Shown in pieces: positions 1 to 12,700 of a DNA stretch of 64,000 nucleotides. The stretch spans positions 7,626,001 to 7,690,000 of the forward strand of contig JBHGNT010000002.1 of assembly GCA_043228905.1 (NCBI GenBank), given 5' to 3'. The notes beneath the pieces are model-generated. The model had not been told where the DNA came from. It did no database searches and saw only the letters and a list, made by a program, of their open reading frames with translations. A program made the position numbers and the translations under genes. Within the stretch, counting starts at the first letter, position 1. Each line of letters opens with the position of its first letter. Origin of the DNA: Azolla caroliniana (lineage: Eukaryota > Plantae > Polypodiophyta).

Positions 1-253
1 GGGCAATCATACGGTTGATGGTGAGGAAGCGTATTGGCTTGTACGTTATCGAACACATCGCCATAATGATGATACTTCTTTGGAAGTTGAATGGTGGACT
101 CCTCTTTAGTGGTGTCGGAGGGTTTTACTGATATTGTGAAGAGAAACATTTCTTCCTTGCGTCCTTTTTCCCGCAATTGATGTAGCGAAATGATTGCAAT
201 CTTATGAGTAGATCCTCAGGCTTGTCGATACTGGATTTCTCTTGTTCTCCAAT

Positions 254-1788
254 CTATGTATGGGTTATTCGAACCATGGTAATCCTAAAATAATGGGATG
301 TTCTAGATGATACTACACACGCTAGATTATCTAGGACAATATTAACGAGCACTGACTCTTCTATGCTATTTCCGGAAGCAATGGGACGACCATCAATGAC
401 TACTATAGAGGCTGGACACGAGAGGTTTTTGGGAGATATTTGATGAGCTTGGGCAAACTTCCTATCCATGAAGCAAGAATTAGCTCCGGAATCTAGAAGT
501 GCTAAGACATGTACTAGAGGGGTACTTTTAGTATTAACTCTTACTTGGGCTACAAACACATTGCCAACTTGCTTAGAGGGAATGGAACCACTAATAGGTT
601 GCACAGATCTAGGGCTGTCCAACCAAACGGCTCCTATTTTGGCCGGACTTAGTGGTTTAACTCTTCTCCTAACTGACTAAGGACATCAAATTTGTTCGCT
701 AGATTTGGGCTATTAGTACTATTAGGACTATGGGATATTCCTACTGAAATAGACTTGGGTTTAGTACAATTAGAACTAGCAACTATTTGGTTTACCTGTC
801 TTCTTAGCCTATGGGGACAATTTACTACAATATGCCTGGGTCCACCGCAATAAAGACATAGTCTATTTGCTCGACGTCATTGCTTTTCTTCTTCCGATAA
901 TGGTCTGCAACGACATGTAGTGTCAATCTCCATCGGAGTCGGAGTATTCGGTGGAGACGCATTATATGACTCCCTCGGAAAAGGTTTCGCTACCACTGAG
1001 GCGTAGGTGGGGTCGGATCTTGCCCTCGGCATCTAGAATTGTCATTTTGAACGTCGTTCGAAAAGGCGGTTGTCGCATCTCACCGCGCGACTGATTGCTT
1101 CTATTAATGACTTTGGTTCTTCGGGGAAGGTCAAGAGTAAATCCTTGACATCGTTGCGTAAACCATAACGAAATTGCTCCATCAATGCTTGATCATCCCA
1201 AGGGATATCGGTGGCAAGTAGGCGGAAATCTACATCGTATGTGGAGGCTGAACGATCACCTTGGCGTAATCGTCGGATTTTGTTGATTGCTATCCTTATG
1301 TTATCAGTATCTCCAAAATAGGCTTTAAACTCACTTATAAATTCTTCAAAATTATTTCGTAATGGAGATTCCTTCAATAACAACATAGAAAACCATGCCA
1401 ATGCTGAGCCACTACGTAGAGTGCCTACTAGTCCCACTCGTGATGCATCAGTAGGATATTGAGAAGGATGCATTTGAATCACTAAACGTACCTAGCACAG
1501 AAAACCTCTAAAATGTGATCGGGTCGCATCAAATTTTGCAGGAAGACCGATCTTGGGTTCTTTGTGAATCCTTTGAGTGCTTGATCCTTGTTGTTATAGT
1601 GATACAATAGTCACTTCAAGTTGTTGTACACGTAACGTCAGCTCACCGTGTTGTTGTTTTTCCAACGCTATTTGTTGAAGATCCCCCAACAAACGGTGAT
1701 TTTCTTGTTCTAGTGCTACAAATTTCTCTTTTAAGCATTGGAGCTCCGAGAAAACATATTGGTATTCCTGAGCACTAATAGTTTCCAT
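254..1788 (-). pseudogene. Degenerate gag and protease of G0
   Basis: Fragments METISAQEY..., MHPSQYPTDASRV..., CLYCGGPRH knuckle and LLDSGANSCF are collinear with G1 and G2. Confidence 0.88.
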
Positions 1789-1887
1789 TTTACTAGGGAG
1801 GATAAGAGGATTAGTATGAAGGAAAAAAGGGGTAAGAAGATAAGGGAAACCGGAAAGAAGACCGGGAAAAAGGGGATATGTAAGAAG

Positions 1888-2282
1888 TGTTGAGTGGCAA
1901 CCTCAACTAGATCCGGATCGGTTGAATAAGCCTGAGCCGGATCGGCATCCAGAAGGGCAAGCCGATGAGCTGGGGAGCTGGTTAGCTGGATCAAGCAGTA
2001 ACTGGAAGCCAAGTAGCAACTAGTCTACTAGGGAGTTAATATCTCGTAGTTAGTGTCAGAAGCTCGTGTGAGCATTGAAGTACACCGTACTTTTGTCAGT
2101 CTGGATGGACTTGTATAAAAGTGTTCACTGAACACATACGATGTACAGACTGAGTAGTATTTTTTGAATTGAGTTTCTGTGTGCTCTTTCTCTCTATCTC
2201 TCCCGTGTACTGTTAAGCTCTCCATTAAACCTGTTTTTTGTTTTTTGTTTTCTATTGCTTCCGTACGCTATTTGTTTCTATA
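1888..2282 (+). repeat. 5' LTR of copia A
   Basis: Direct repeat of 12279-12642; starts TGTTGA and is followed by the PBS. Confidence 0.93.
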
Positions 2283-2391
2283 TGGTATCAGAGCGCGAGG
2301 GTTGAGAACCTCTACAGCCGACATTCTCTTTCGCAAGAAGAAAACCTAACCTTTGTAAAGAACAAAGAAAAAAAAACAAATGCATAGAGGA

Positions 2392-5300
2392 ATGGCTAGC
2401 TGCAACTGAACTTTCTCCGGATTCCTGTATTTTGCAGATAACCGGTGGAGAAGCTCGACAGATCCAACTACGCATCTTGGTCATACAAGATGCACCAATA
2501 CCTGCTTGGGCATGATTACTGAAGCTATGTCGACGGAGCTAACGACACAACACCTGATGCGACACACAAGGACTTCCCGGTGTGGGAACAATCGACAAGC
2601 AGAGTGATGTACTACTTTGCGTCCAATGTCGGAGACCAGCTGTTGAGCCACGTCCGAGATGCCAAGACGCCGAAAGAGGCTTAGGGAAACCTAAAGAAGG
2701 TGTTCGCCGCAAGCACCATAGCCCGGAAGCTGCAACTCCGACAGGAGTTGAGCAATGTCCGGTAGAAGGACATGTCGGTGGCTGATTACACGGCCCGAAT
2801 CAAAGAGATCTGTGATTCGCTTGCCTTTATCAACGTCACTGTAGAGGAAGACGAGATGGTACGGGTCTGTCTTGGGGGCCTGGTGTCTAAGTTCTGAGCT
2901 TTCCGGACAACGATATGTACGAGGGAGAATACACTGTCATTGTAGAGGAGAACCATGCCGGTGCATCAACAAGTGCACCTACCGACAACCGGATGCTGTA
3001 CACGGAGACGGATCGACCCCGTGGGCGTGGTGGACGAGGTGGGTCGGCACGAAATGGAGGCGGCCGGCAAGGGCAAGACCGACGACACAGAGACCATGCC
3101 GATAGTAGTTCCGGGACCTCCACAACCAGGGGGAGTCAAGGTGGCGCCGGAGGCCGGCGAGACAAATCTGCCATGGAATGCTGGTATTGTGGCAAAAAGG
3201 GCCATAGAGAAAGTGAGTGTTGGAAGAAGCGCGCTGATTCGAACTGATCTGGATCCGACAAAACCGGTCGGGAGAACCGGCAAAGCTCGCACTACGTGCA
3301 AGGATCGAAAGGATCCAGAACCAGGAAGACCGGTAATGGGCCAACCTTGGTGATTAAGCACGAGGCAAATTCGATGAAGAAGACCACTTCCAAATTGGAG
3401 GAAGTGTGGTACGTTGATTCCGGTGCATCAAATCACATGACGAACCACAAAGAGTGGTTCTCCTTCCTGGAGAAACCGGAACAACCGGGAGTTGTCGAAA
3501 CCGGAGATGACACTCCTCACCCAATCGTGCATGTCGGTGAAGTCCCTTTGAGCCTTGTCGAACAGAGGGGGAAGATGATGAATGTATTACACGTTCCAAC
3601 TATCACGAAGAACCTGGTGTCGATCAGACAGATCGTCGACCAGGGAATGCAGGTGCAGTTTACGTACGTCGGGTGCTTCATCAAGTAGGAGGGCCATATT
3701 ATTACGCAAGGGTGCAGAGACGAGAGGATGTTCATCCTCGGCACCACTTTGTTCACCAAAGGACAGAAGATTGAATCGAACATCGATCTCTAGCACAAGC
3801 GGATCGGCCACGTCAATTACCAGAGGCTTCAGAACCTGCAAACGAAACAAGTTGTTTTTGGTTTGCCGAAGTTCAGTGGTCGGAAGGCCCAAGTATGTGA
3901 AGCCTGCCAACTCGGGAAGCAACACTAGCTTCCATTCCCCACCGAACGAAACCGTAGCCGTAACAAGATCGACCTTATTCATTCGGATGTATGGGGACTG
4001 GCACAGAATGTGAGTCTTGGCGGGAGTCGATACTTCGTCTCCTTCATCGACAACTATAGCCGGCACACATGGATCTACGTCATTGAACGGAAGAGCGAAG
4101 TCTTCGACTGTTTCCGGAACCTGCAAAGCAAGGTGGAACGGGAATCAGAGAGGAAGATCAAGTGCCTGCGGTCAGATGGCGGAAAAGAATATTTTTCCGG
4201 CCAATTCAACAGTTATCTGCAAAATACAGGAATCCGGAGAAAGTTCAGTTGCAGATACACATCGGAACAAAACGGTGTGGCCGAAAGGAAGAACCAGTCG
4301 TTTGTCGACGCGGCAAGGGCAATGCTGGAAGAGAAGAGCATGCCCCACTTCTATTGGGCGGAGGCGGTCCGGACGACCATCTACATCCAAAACCGGATCG
4401 GTGACAAGGTGTCCGCGCATGAGTTGTATTTCGAGCGCAAGCCGAACTTGAGACACCTTCGGATTTTTAGTAGCATAGCATATGTGCATGTGCCGGATGA
4501 GAAGCGGAGGAAGTTGGATGCAAAATTGGAGAAGTGCATCCTCGTTGGCTACTCACATGAGCAAAAGGGGTATAAGTGTTATAACCCCCGGACGAAGCAG
4601 GTCTGAGTTAGCCACGATGTTGAGTTTGATGAGATGGCGTCGTGGTATGCCTTACCGGCTCCGACTTCTGACCCTGACCCGATATCAGAGGATGAGGCTA
4701 GTGAGCTTGAACCGGTCTAGATAGAAGATGTTGACTCCGGGACTCAAAAAGAGAGTTTGGAATCGTTTCGGTTGAGTGGGCTGAACGAGAGACTGGGTCA
4801 ATCCGACCAGTCAGAAAACGAATCGACGAGTAGTGAAGACTTTGTCATCCTCTCCCCGCGCAAGGAACCGAGGAGACGGTTCACGCGCAAAGAGAAGGGG
4901 AAGAAGAAGATGTCGGATTATGAAACCGATAATGATTAGTCGAATCAGAACGGATCTGACTCCGAACAGGAAAATGACGGCTCTTTGGCACCGAAGACCG
5001 AACCGGCCAAGAAGGGCCTCGAATCGGGTAACGGTGGGTTACGTTGGTCAACCTGCCAGTAGGAACCTATTAAGCGGTATGGGTACAATGAGTACATGGC
5101 GCATCACTATGCATACATGACCAAGGTGATGGAAGTGCGTGAGCCGGAGAGCTATGCAAAAGCAGGAAAGGATGCACATTGGCGTGCCGCTATGGAAGAA
5201 GAGATGCGGGCACTTGATGCCAACGAGACATGGGACCTGGTTGACCCTCCCCGTCACTATAAACCAATAGGATGCAAGTGGGTGTACAAGGTAAGGTACA

Positions 5301-6365
5301 ATGTTGACGGTTCAATTAACCGGTACAAGGCCCGGTTAGTGGCAAAGGGATACGCGCAGACCCACGGAATCATCTACGACGAGACCTTCGCTCCGGTAGC
5401 GAAGATGATGACGATTTGTGTGGTGTTGGCGGTTGTTGTGGCAAGGGAGTGGCATCTTCACCAGATGGACGTGAAGAATGCATTTCTTCAAGGCGATCTA
5501 GAAGAAGAGGTCTTTATGACCCAACTTCCCGGTTTTTAGTCGAAGATGAACAAGTCGGTTGTATGCCGGCTGAAGAAGTCACTTTATGGCCTGAAGCAAG
5601 CCCCCTGAGCTTGGAATGCAAAGTTGGGGTTTGCGGCCTCCAAGTCCGACTCTTCATTGTTCATCCGGCAAGGTCTGGACAGTCCGGTTTGCATCTTGTT
5701 GTATGTTGATGATCTACTCATCACCGGACCCGGACTCGATGAAATCAACTGAGTCAAGTCCCAACTGTCGGACGCATTTGAGATGAAGGACCTAGGGGAC
5801 CTTCACTATTTCCTTGGGATCAAGGTGATTCGAACCCCCGACGGCATATTGCTCTCACAAAGACACTATGTGTTGAATATGTTGTACAAGTTCGGCATGA
5901 CGAATGCCGCCCTATTTCTACACCCTTGGACCGGAAATAGAAGCTCTATCCCAACTCCGGACCAGCCTGCAATGAGAAACGGTTCTGACAAATTGTCGGA
6001 AGCCTTATATATTTGACCATCACCCGACCCAACATCAGCTATCTGGTTGGTGTGATTAGTCAATTCATGCAGAAGCCGACCGTCGAGCATCTTCAGTGCG
6101 CGCACCGAATACTACGGTATGTGAGTGGCACGAAGGACCGGGGACTGTTATACCAGCGAGGCATGACCAAAGAGCTAGTCGGCTACATGGATGCTGACTG
6201 GGCCGATGATGCATCAGATCGTCGTTCCACTTCCGGCTATATGTTTTCCCTTGGTAGCGCGGTTGTTGCGTGGAGCAACAAAAAGCAGCCAACAGTGGCT
6301 CTGTCGAGCACTGAGGCTGAATACCGGGGCACTACCGTTGCCACATGTGAAGCCATTTGGCTTCG
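2392..6365 (+). pseudogene. Copia A gag-pol, disrupted
   Basis: CWYCGKKGH knuckle, WYVDSGASNHM protease, integrase LRSDGGKEY and [22 protein letters not shown] and LYVDDL, RNase H ADWA...RRSTSGY. Many stops and frameshifts. Confidence 0.92.
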
Positions 6366-7236
6366 AACACGTTTGCGTTCACAAGTGGAAGGATCGCGCA
6401 CAAGTGGAAGGATAAGGAATATTCTGTTTGATTTTGGGGTTTTTTTTGCCATTTCACAAAACATCTTGATACTAGTATCACATGTTCTCCAAAACTTGAT
6501 GAAAAAGTTGAAAAATTCACCATTTGGTAAAATTGAAAAATGCCAAATTTGGGTAAAATATGAAAAGTAACTTTGTGGATTTTTAAAGAAAAATGACAAC
6601 TAATAAGTTTTTAGATCTTAAAGAAATCAAAGTAGAATATTTCAAAACAATGAACGTTTTTATTCCATTCGATAAAATGTTGTCTAAATTTGTTACATAT
6701 AGTTGCACAACAAATACATTTGGGAGTTATTTGCATGACTATCATCATTCTTTTCATGATAATCACTACTATAGATAATATACAATTGTGACTCTTCCTC
6801 CTCATCTTCTAATATACCAATCAAATCATTGTCTTCACCAAATGGTATCTCCAAATTTTGTGCAATAAATCTTCTTCGTCTTCAATCTGAGATATCTTCT
6901 AGACTTGCTAATATCTCTTTTATTATGCATATCGTTGTTGTCCTTATACATCCAACTTTTATTTGTGTAAAGTCATACATAATGATATCCACCTCATTAA
7001 TGTCAATGATAGATGTATTACAAAGGTTTTATGCATCATCACGTCCAAAACTTTACCAATGCAGAATTGGTACCCTAGGTCATGGCCATCTACATGTGTA
7101 GCTATTAATATCCTCACCTTGACTTCTTGCAAGTTTCCTTGTCACCTGAGTTATGCTTGTGTTGTCATCATTCGTTCCAACTATAAAGATCAACATTAAG
7201 TAGTGATTGAGAACCACACGAACACTTTATGGACCG

Positions 7237-10200
7237 TGTAAATGGCATTTGCAAGGTTCAATTACCATCAACACAATTATTAATAGTTTTTTGTTAATCA
7301 ATGATGCACATGTTTACCATAAAGTATCTTATTGTACAACATACTTGTTTGCACTATCGATATGCATCTTTTTCTCTTGTAAAAACAAAGATTTTAGTAC
7401 GATTCAAGTTCATGTTTAAAAAACCTCTTTTATCTGAAAAACAACAAGATTTTAAACATTAAGTCGATATGTTATATCGAGTTGATGTAAAAAATAGAGT
7501 TTTCATCATAATTCCATACAATGTATTGAATTATTGCTCAAAGTTTTTTTTACTAGATTTTAAAAAAAATAATAATAATAAATTGTGCTTGAGTTCATCT
7601 AGAAAACCATAATTTTCATCACAATTCGATATAATGTATTGAGTTCATGCTTAAAATAATTTTTTCTAATTGTTTTCAATTTTGTTTCAATTTTTTTCAA
7701 TTTTTTATAGTTTTCTATTGATTTTGTTTTATTTTTTAAACATCAATTTGATACATTGTATCGACTTGTGATAAAAGCTTTGGTTTTTTGATCACTTATT
7801 CAAGCTCAATTTTGTTTTAGAAAAAAAAACAAAGTACCAAAATAAAATAGAAAAAAATGTAATTATTTTTTTAAAAAAATCTAAAATTAAACTTTTCATG
7901 TCATGATATGGTAGGACTCGAAACCATGACCTTATGTTACATGGGTCAAGCTCTTGACAATTAAACCATACATTGTAATACATAAAATATTATTTTTATC
8001 ACTTCTTAAAGCTCAATTTTTTTTTAGAAAAAAAACAAAACACCATAATAAAATAGGAAAAAATGTAATTATTTTTAAAAAAACATCCGAAATAAAACTT
8101 TAAACATGAACTCGATACATCGTGTCAGGTTCATGTAAAAAAGTTAGCTTTTCAACATGAACTCGATACGCCGTATCGGGTTCATGTAAAAAAGTTAGTA
8201 TCGAGTTCTTGTAAAAGAGGTAACTTTTTTATATGTCATGATATGGTAGGACTTGAACCCATGACCTTCTGCTACATGGGTGGAGCTCTTGACCATTAGA
8301 CCATGCATTGTAATACATAAATTATTATTATTATCACTTATTAAAGCTTTATTTTATTTTAGGAAAAAAACAAAACACCATAATAAAATAGGAAAAAATG
8401 TAATTATTTAAATAAAAAAATCTGAGTATCGAGTTCATGTAAAAAAGTTAGCTTTTCAACATTATCGAGTTCATGTAAAAAAGTTAGCTTTTCAACATGA
8501 ACTCGATACGGCGTATCGAGTTCATGTTTAAAAGGGGTATCGAGTTCATGTAAAAGAGTTAGCTTAGTTCATGACATGATATAGTAGGACTTGAACCCAT
8601 GACCTTCTGCTACATAGGTGAGGCTCTTAACCATTAGACCATACATTGTAATACATAAACTATTATTTTTATCACTTATTAGAGCTTAATTTGTTTTTAG
8701 AAAACAAACAAAACACCATAATAAAATAGGAAAAAATGTAATTATTTTAAAAAAAAAATCCGAAATAAAACTTTAAACATGAATTCGATACGCCGTATCG
8801 AGTTCATGTAAAAAAGTTAGCTTTTCAACATGATATAGTAGGACTCAAACCCATGACCTTCTGCTACATAGGTGAGGCTCTTAACCATTAGACCATACAT
8901 TATAATACACAAACTATTATTTTTATCACTTATTAGAGCTTAATTTGTTTTTAGAAAACAAACAAAACACCATAATAAAATAGGAAAAAATGTAATTATT
9001 TTTTAAAAAAAATCCGAAATAAAACTTTAAACATGAATTCGATACGCCGTATCGAGTTCATGTAAAAAAGTTAGCTTTTCAACATGAACACGATACGGCG
9101 TATCGAGTTCATGTTTAAAAGGGGTATCGAGTTCATGTAAAAGAGTTAGCTTAGTTCATGACATGATATAGTAGGACTCGAACCCATGACCTTCTGCTAC
9201 ATAGGTGAGGCTCTTAACCATTAGACCATACATTGTAATACATAAACTATTATTTTTATCACTTATTAGAGCTCAATTTGTTTTTAGAAAACAAACAAAA
9301 CACCATAATAAAATAGGAAAAAATGTAATTATTTTTAAAAAAAATCCGAAATAAAACTTTAAACATGAATTCGATACGCCGTATCGAGTTCATGTAAAAA
9401 AGTTAGCTTTTCAACATGAACTCGATACGGCGTATCGAGTTCATGTTGAAAAGGGGTATCGAGTTCATGTAAAAATTTTAGCTTAGTTGATGATATGATA
9501 TGCTAGGACATAAACCCTTGACCTTGTGCTGCATGGGTGGAGCTCTTAACCATTAGACCATACATTGTAATACATAAAATATTATTTTCATCACTTATTA
9601 AATCTAAAAGTTTTTTAGAAAAAAAACAAAATACCAAAATAAAATAGGAAAAATGTAATTATTAAAAAAAATAAATCAGAAATAAAACTTTAAACATGAA
9701 CTCGATACGCCGTATCGAGTTCATGTAAAAAAGTTAGACTTTAAACATGAACTCGATACGCCGTATCGAGTTCATGTAAAAAAGTTAACTTAGTTCATGT
9801 CGTGATATGTAGGACTTGAACCCATGACATTATGTTACATGGGTCAAGCTCTTGACCATTAGACGATACATTGTAATACATAAAATATTATTTTCCTCAC
9901 TTATTAAAGCTCAAAGCCTTTTAGAGAAAAAAACAAAATACCAAAATAAAATAGGAAAAAATGTAATTATTTAAAAAAATAAATCGGAAATAACACTTTC
10001 AACATGAACTCGATACGTCGTAGATTAACTCATGTCATCATCATTCCCTCTCAGTCCCTCTCTCTCTCTCACTCTCTCTCTCTCTTCTTTTCTCAAGTGT
10101 TCTACACCTTAAATTCTTCTTAGTACTAATATTTCTCTCTTAGTACTAATTTCGTCTCTGTCTTAGAATTTTGTTTTTGAGCTTTAATAAGTGATGAAAA

Positions 10201-10758
10201 AACCTGAGTTTTTATCACAAGTTGATACAATGTATCAAGTTCATGTTTAAAATTATTATTTTCTCCATAAAAAATAAAAAAAAATAAAAAAAATAAAAAA
10301 AAATAAAAGAAATTAAAAGGAACAAAAAGTAACAAAAAAAAATTGAAAAAAAATAAAAAAAATTGAAACAAATTGAAAATGTTTTTTTTTTTAAATTAGA
10401 AAAAATTACTTTAAACATGAACTCGATACATTGTATTGAATTGTGATGAAAAATCTGGTTTTTCTATGAACTCAAGCTTAATTTATTATTATTATTATTA
10501 TTTAAATCCGGTAAAAAAACTTTGAACATGAATTTAATATATTGTATAGAGTTATGATGAAAACTCTATTTTTTACGTCAATTCAATACAACATATCGTG
10601 TTCATGTTTAAAACTCTTGTTGTTTTTCAAATAAAAGAGGTTTTTAAAGATGTATGTTGCACAACAAGATACCTTATGGTAAATATGTGCTTCATTTATT
10701 AGAAGAAAACCATTAATAATTGTGTTGATGGTAATTGAACTTTGCAAATGCCATTTAC
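7237..10758. repeat. Internal long inverted repeat, arms about 7237-7800 and 10190-10758
   Basis: GTAAATGGCATTTGCAAGGTTCAATTACCATCAACACAATT at 7237 matches the reverse complement of the sequence ending at 10758. Similarity continues inward for about 550 bp. Confidence 0.85.
7899..10020 (+). repeat. Tandem array of 7 units of about 255-340 bp: gypsy-LTR 5' segment, AT-rich spacer and 33-bp palindromes
   Basis: Units start near 7899, 8234, 8572, 8827, 9159, 9491 and 9798 (TGTCATGATATGGTAGGACTCGAACCCATGACC...). The palindrome ACATGAACTCGATACG-N-CGTATCGAGTTCATGT recurs. Confidence 0.92.
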
Positions 10759-11384
10759 TTCACAAATTTTGAAGGGGAATTCTTATAAGGAAGGAGATTA
10801 TAACATTGTAGATACCTTGATAACTATGTGTTATGTTCAAATTGATATATTAATGTTCACATCTAAAGTTTGACAATTTATGAATATCGTCTACATTTTA
10901 GGAGTTGTGGATTTATCAAAATTGTTTATGAATATTGTCTACAAATTTTCTTGAGTTGTGAATTTATGGATGTTAATGAGCACTAATTTATAGATGATGA
11001 CATTAAGGATTGCAATATTACCTTTTATACTTAAAACATTTTCAAGTCTAACAATAGATGTAACCTTAATCTTCTCAAGACGGTGAAACCATTAATCTTA
11101 ACTTGTGCCTTGAGTTGACCATAATTGTGATTTTCTTTAAGTTAACTACATTTCATAGCTGCAAACCATCAACATTTAAACATTATCCCTAAACTATTCA
11201 ATTTTAGAAATTATCATTTAGAAATTTGTTAAATCTCAAAAAATTAGCAAAATTTACATGCTATTTAAAACATGTGATACTAGTGTATCAAGTTTTTGGA
11301 AATTGTCTAAAATCGCAAGATTATAAAAGGAATCTATAAGTGGAATGCGCAATCCTTCCACTTGTGAATGCAAAGGTGTTTTCG

Positions 11385-12035
11385 GCGACTGCTGCAAGAC
11401 ATGCGGATCGTGGTGCTGACCCCGATCCTGATCTACTGCGACAACATAAGCAACACGCCAAGAACCCCATATTCCATGCTCGCACAAAGCACATCGAAGT
11501 GCACTACCACTTCGTGCGTGAGCGTGTCCTGAGCGGTGAAGTCGAACTTCGGTATGTTCATACAGATCAGCAAGTTGCTGACATCTTCACCAAACCGCTC
11601 GGATTGGACAAGTTGCAGCACTTCACCGAAATGCTTGGTGTTCAGCATCTCGATGTGCCACACTTGAGGGGGAGAATGGGCAAAGACACCACCGGAATGG
11701 GCAAAGGCAAAGAGACTGCCGATTGCGCTAGTGGGGGAAGAACCGACAAGGGGAGAGACAGGAAAAGAGCCGACACATCCGAACAAGTCGGAACAAGCGG
11801 CAATAGAGGCAGAGTCAAGATGGACAGAGCCGACCAGAAGAAGAAGGCCAAGACCCGGACATGGTCCGATGTGGTGAAGGGCCTGGAACCAGAAGACAAA
11901 TCGGGAGCAACCGATTCGGACAAGAGTTGGAACGAATCAGAGACAACTGATTCGGTTCTACAAAATGATTCGGAAGAACCGAATCGATACAAGGCCAAGA
12001 GGACAAGAAGGCAGCAAAAGTCGACGCCAACATGA
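11385..12035 (+). pseudogene. Copia A RNase H 3' part and charged C-terminal tail
   Basis: AKNPIFHARTKHIEVHYHFVRE...ADIFTKPL continues the frame broken at 6365. Confidence 0.88.
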
Positions 12036-12278
12036 AGGGATTGGTGAATCGGCAAAAGCCAAAGTCACAACAGCAAGGGAGCTGAATTGGGCCTGTTGAG
12101 CAGACAAGTCGACCAAGGAAGTCGAGGTGCGCAGGAACAGAAGGGTTGCGGCAAACGGGACAGGACCGGACGAGGAGCACGAGCGAGGCGGAGTGACGCT
12201 AGAAGGAGCCAAGTGGAAGGACCAGCTGCCATAGAGACTGACACTACGATCCGACCTCAAATTGAGCTTGAGGGGGAG

Positions 12279-12642
12279 TGTTGAGCAGCAAGCTCAACCG
12301 GATCCGGATCGGCATCCAAAAGGGTGAGCCAGTGAGCTGGGGAGCCAGTTAGCTGGATCAAGCAATAACCGGAAGCCAAGTAGTAGCTAGTCTACTAGGG
12401 AGTTAATATCTCGTAGTTAGTGTCAGACACTCGTGTGAGCATTGAAGTACACCGTACTTCTGTCAGTCCGGATGGACTTGTATAAAAGTGTTCACTGAAC
12501 ACATACGATGTACAGACTGAGTAGTATTTTTTGAATTGAGTTTCTGTGTGCTCTCTCTCTCTGCCTCTCCCGCGTACTGTTAAGCTCTCCATTAAATCTG
12601 TTTTCTATTTTCTATTGCTTCCGCACGCTATTTGTTTCTACA
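12279..12642 (+). repeat. 3' LTR of copia A
   Basis: TG...CA, preceded by the PPT and followed by TSD AGAAG. Confidence 0.93.
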
Positions 12643-12700
12643 AGAAGATAAAAGGAAGAGGAGGAAAGGAGAAGACGGAAGGAGGAAAATCGGTTCAAAC

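Larger units (their letters stand above)
6366..11380. mobile_element. Non-autonomous TIR DNA transposon, fold-back-like, 5015 bp, superfamily unassigned
   Basis: About 35-bp TIRs: AACACGTTTGCGTTCACAAGTGGAAGGATCGCGCA and TGCGCAATCCTTCCACTTGTGAATGCAAAGGTGTT. 4-bp TSD TTCG at 6362-6365 and 11381-11384. Removing it restores the copia frame EAIWLRRLLQD. Confidence 0.9.
1888..12642 (+). mobile_element. Ty1/copia element A, full length but degenerate, with a TIR element inserted in RNase H
   Basis: LTRs 1888-2282 and 12279-12642; TSD AGAAG at 1883-1887 and 12643-12647; tRNA-iMet PBS TGGTATCAGAGC at 2283-2294; PPT GAGGGGGAG before 12279; domain order gag-PR-IN-RT-RH. Confidence 0.96.

Noticed and set aside
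7899-10020. CRISPR-like array (33-bp palindromic repeats with intervening sequence)
   Set aside because: The intervening sequences are repeats of one another rather than unique spacers, spacing is irregular, there are no cas genes, and the context is a plant TE.
10126-10418. Phe-rich membrane-like short ORFs
   Set aside because: Translations of A/T low-complexity tracts in the inverted arm.
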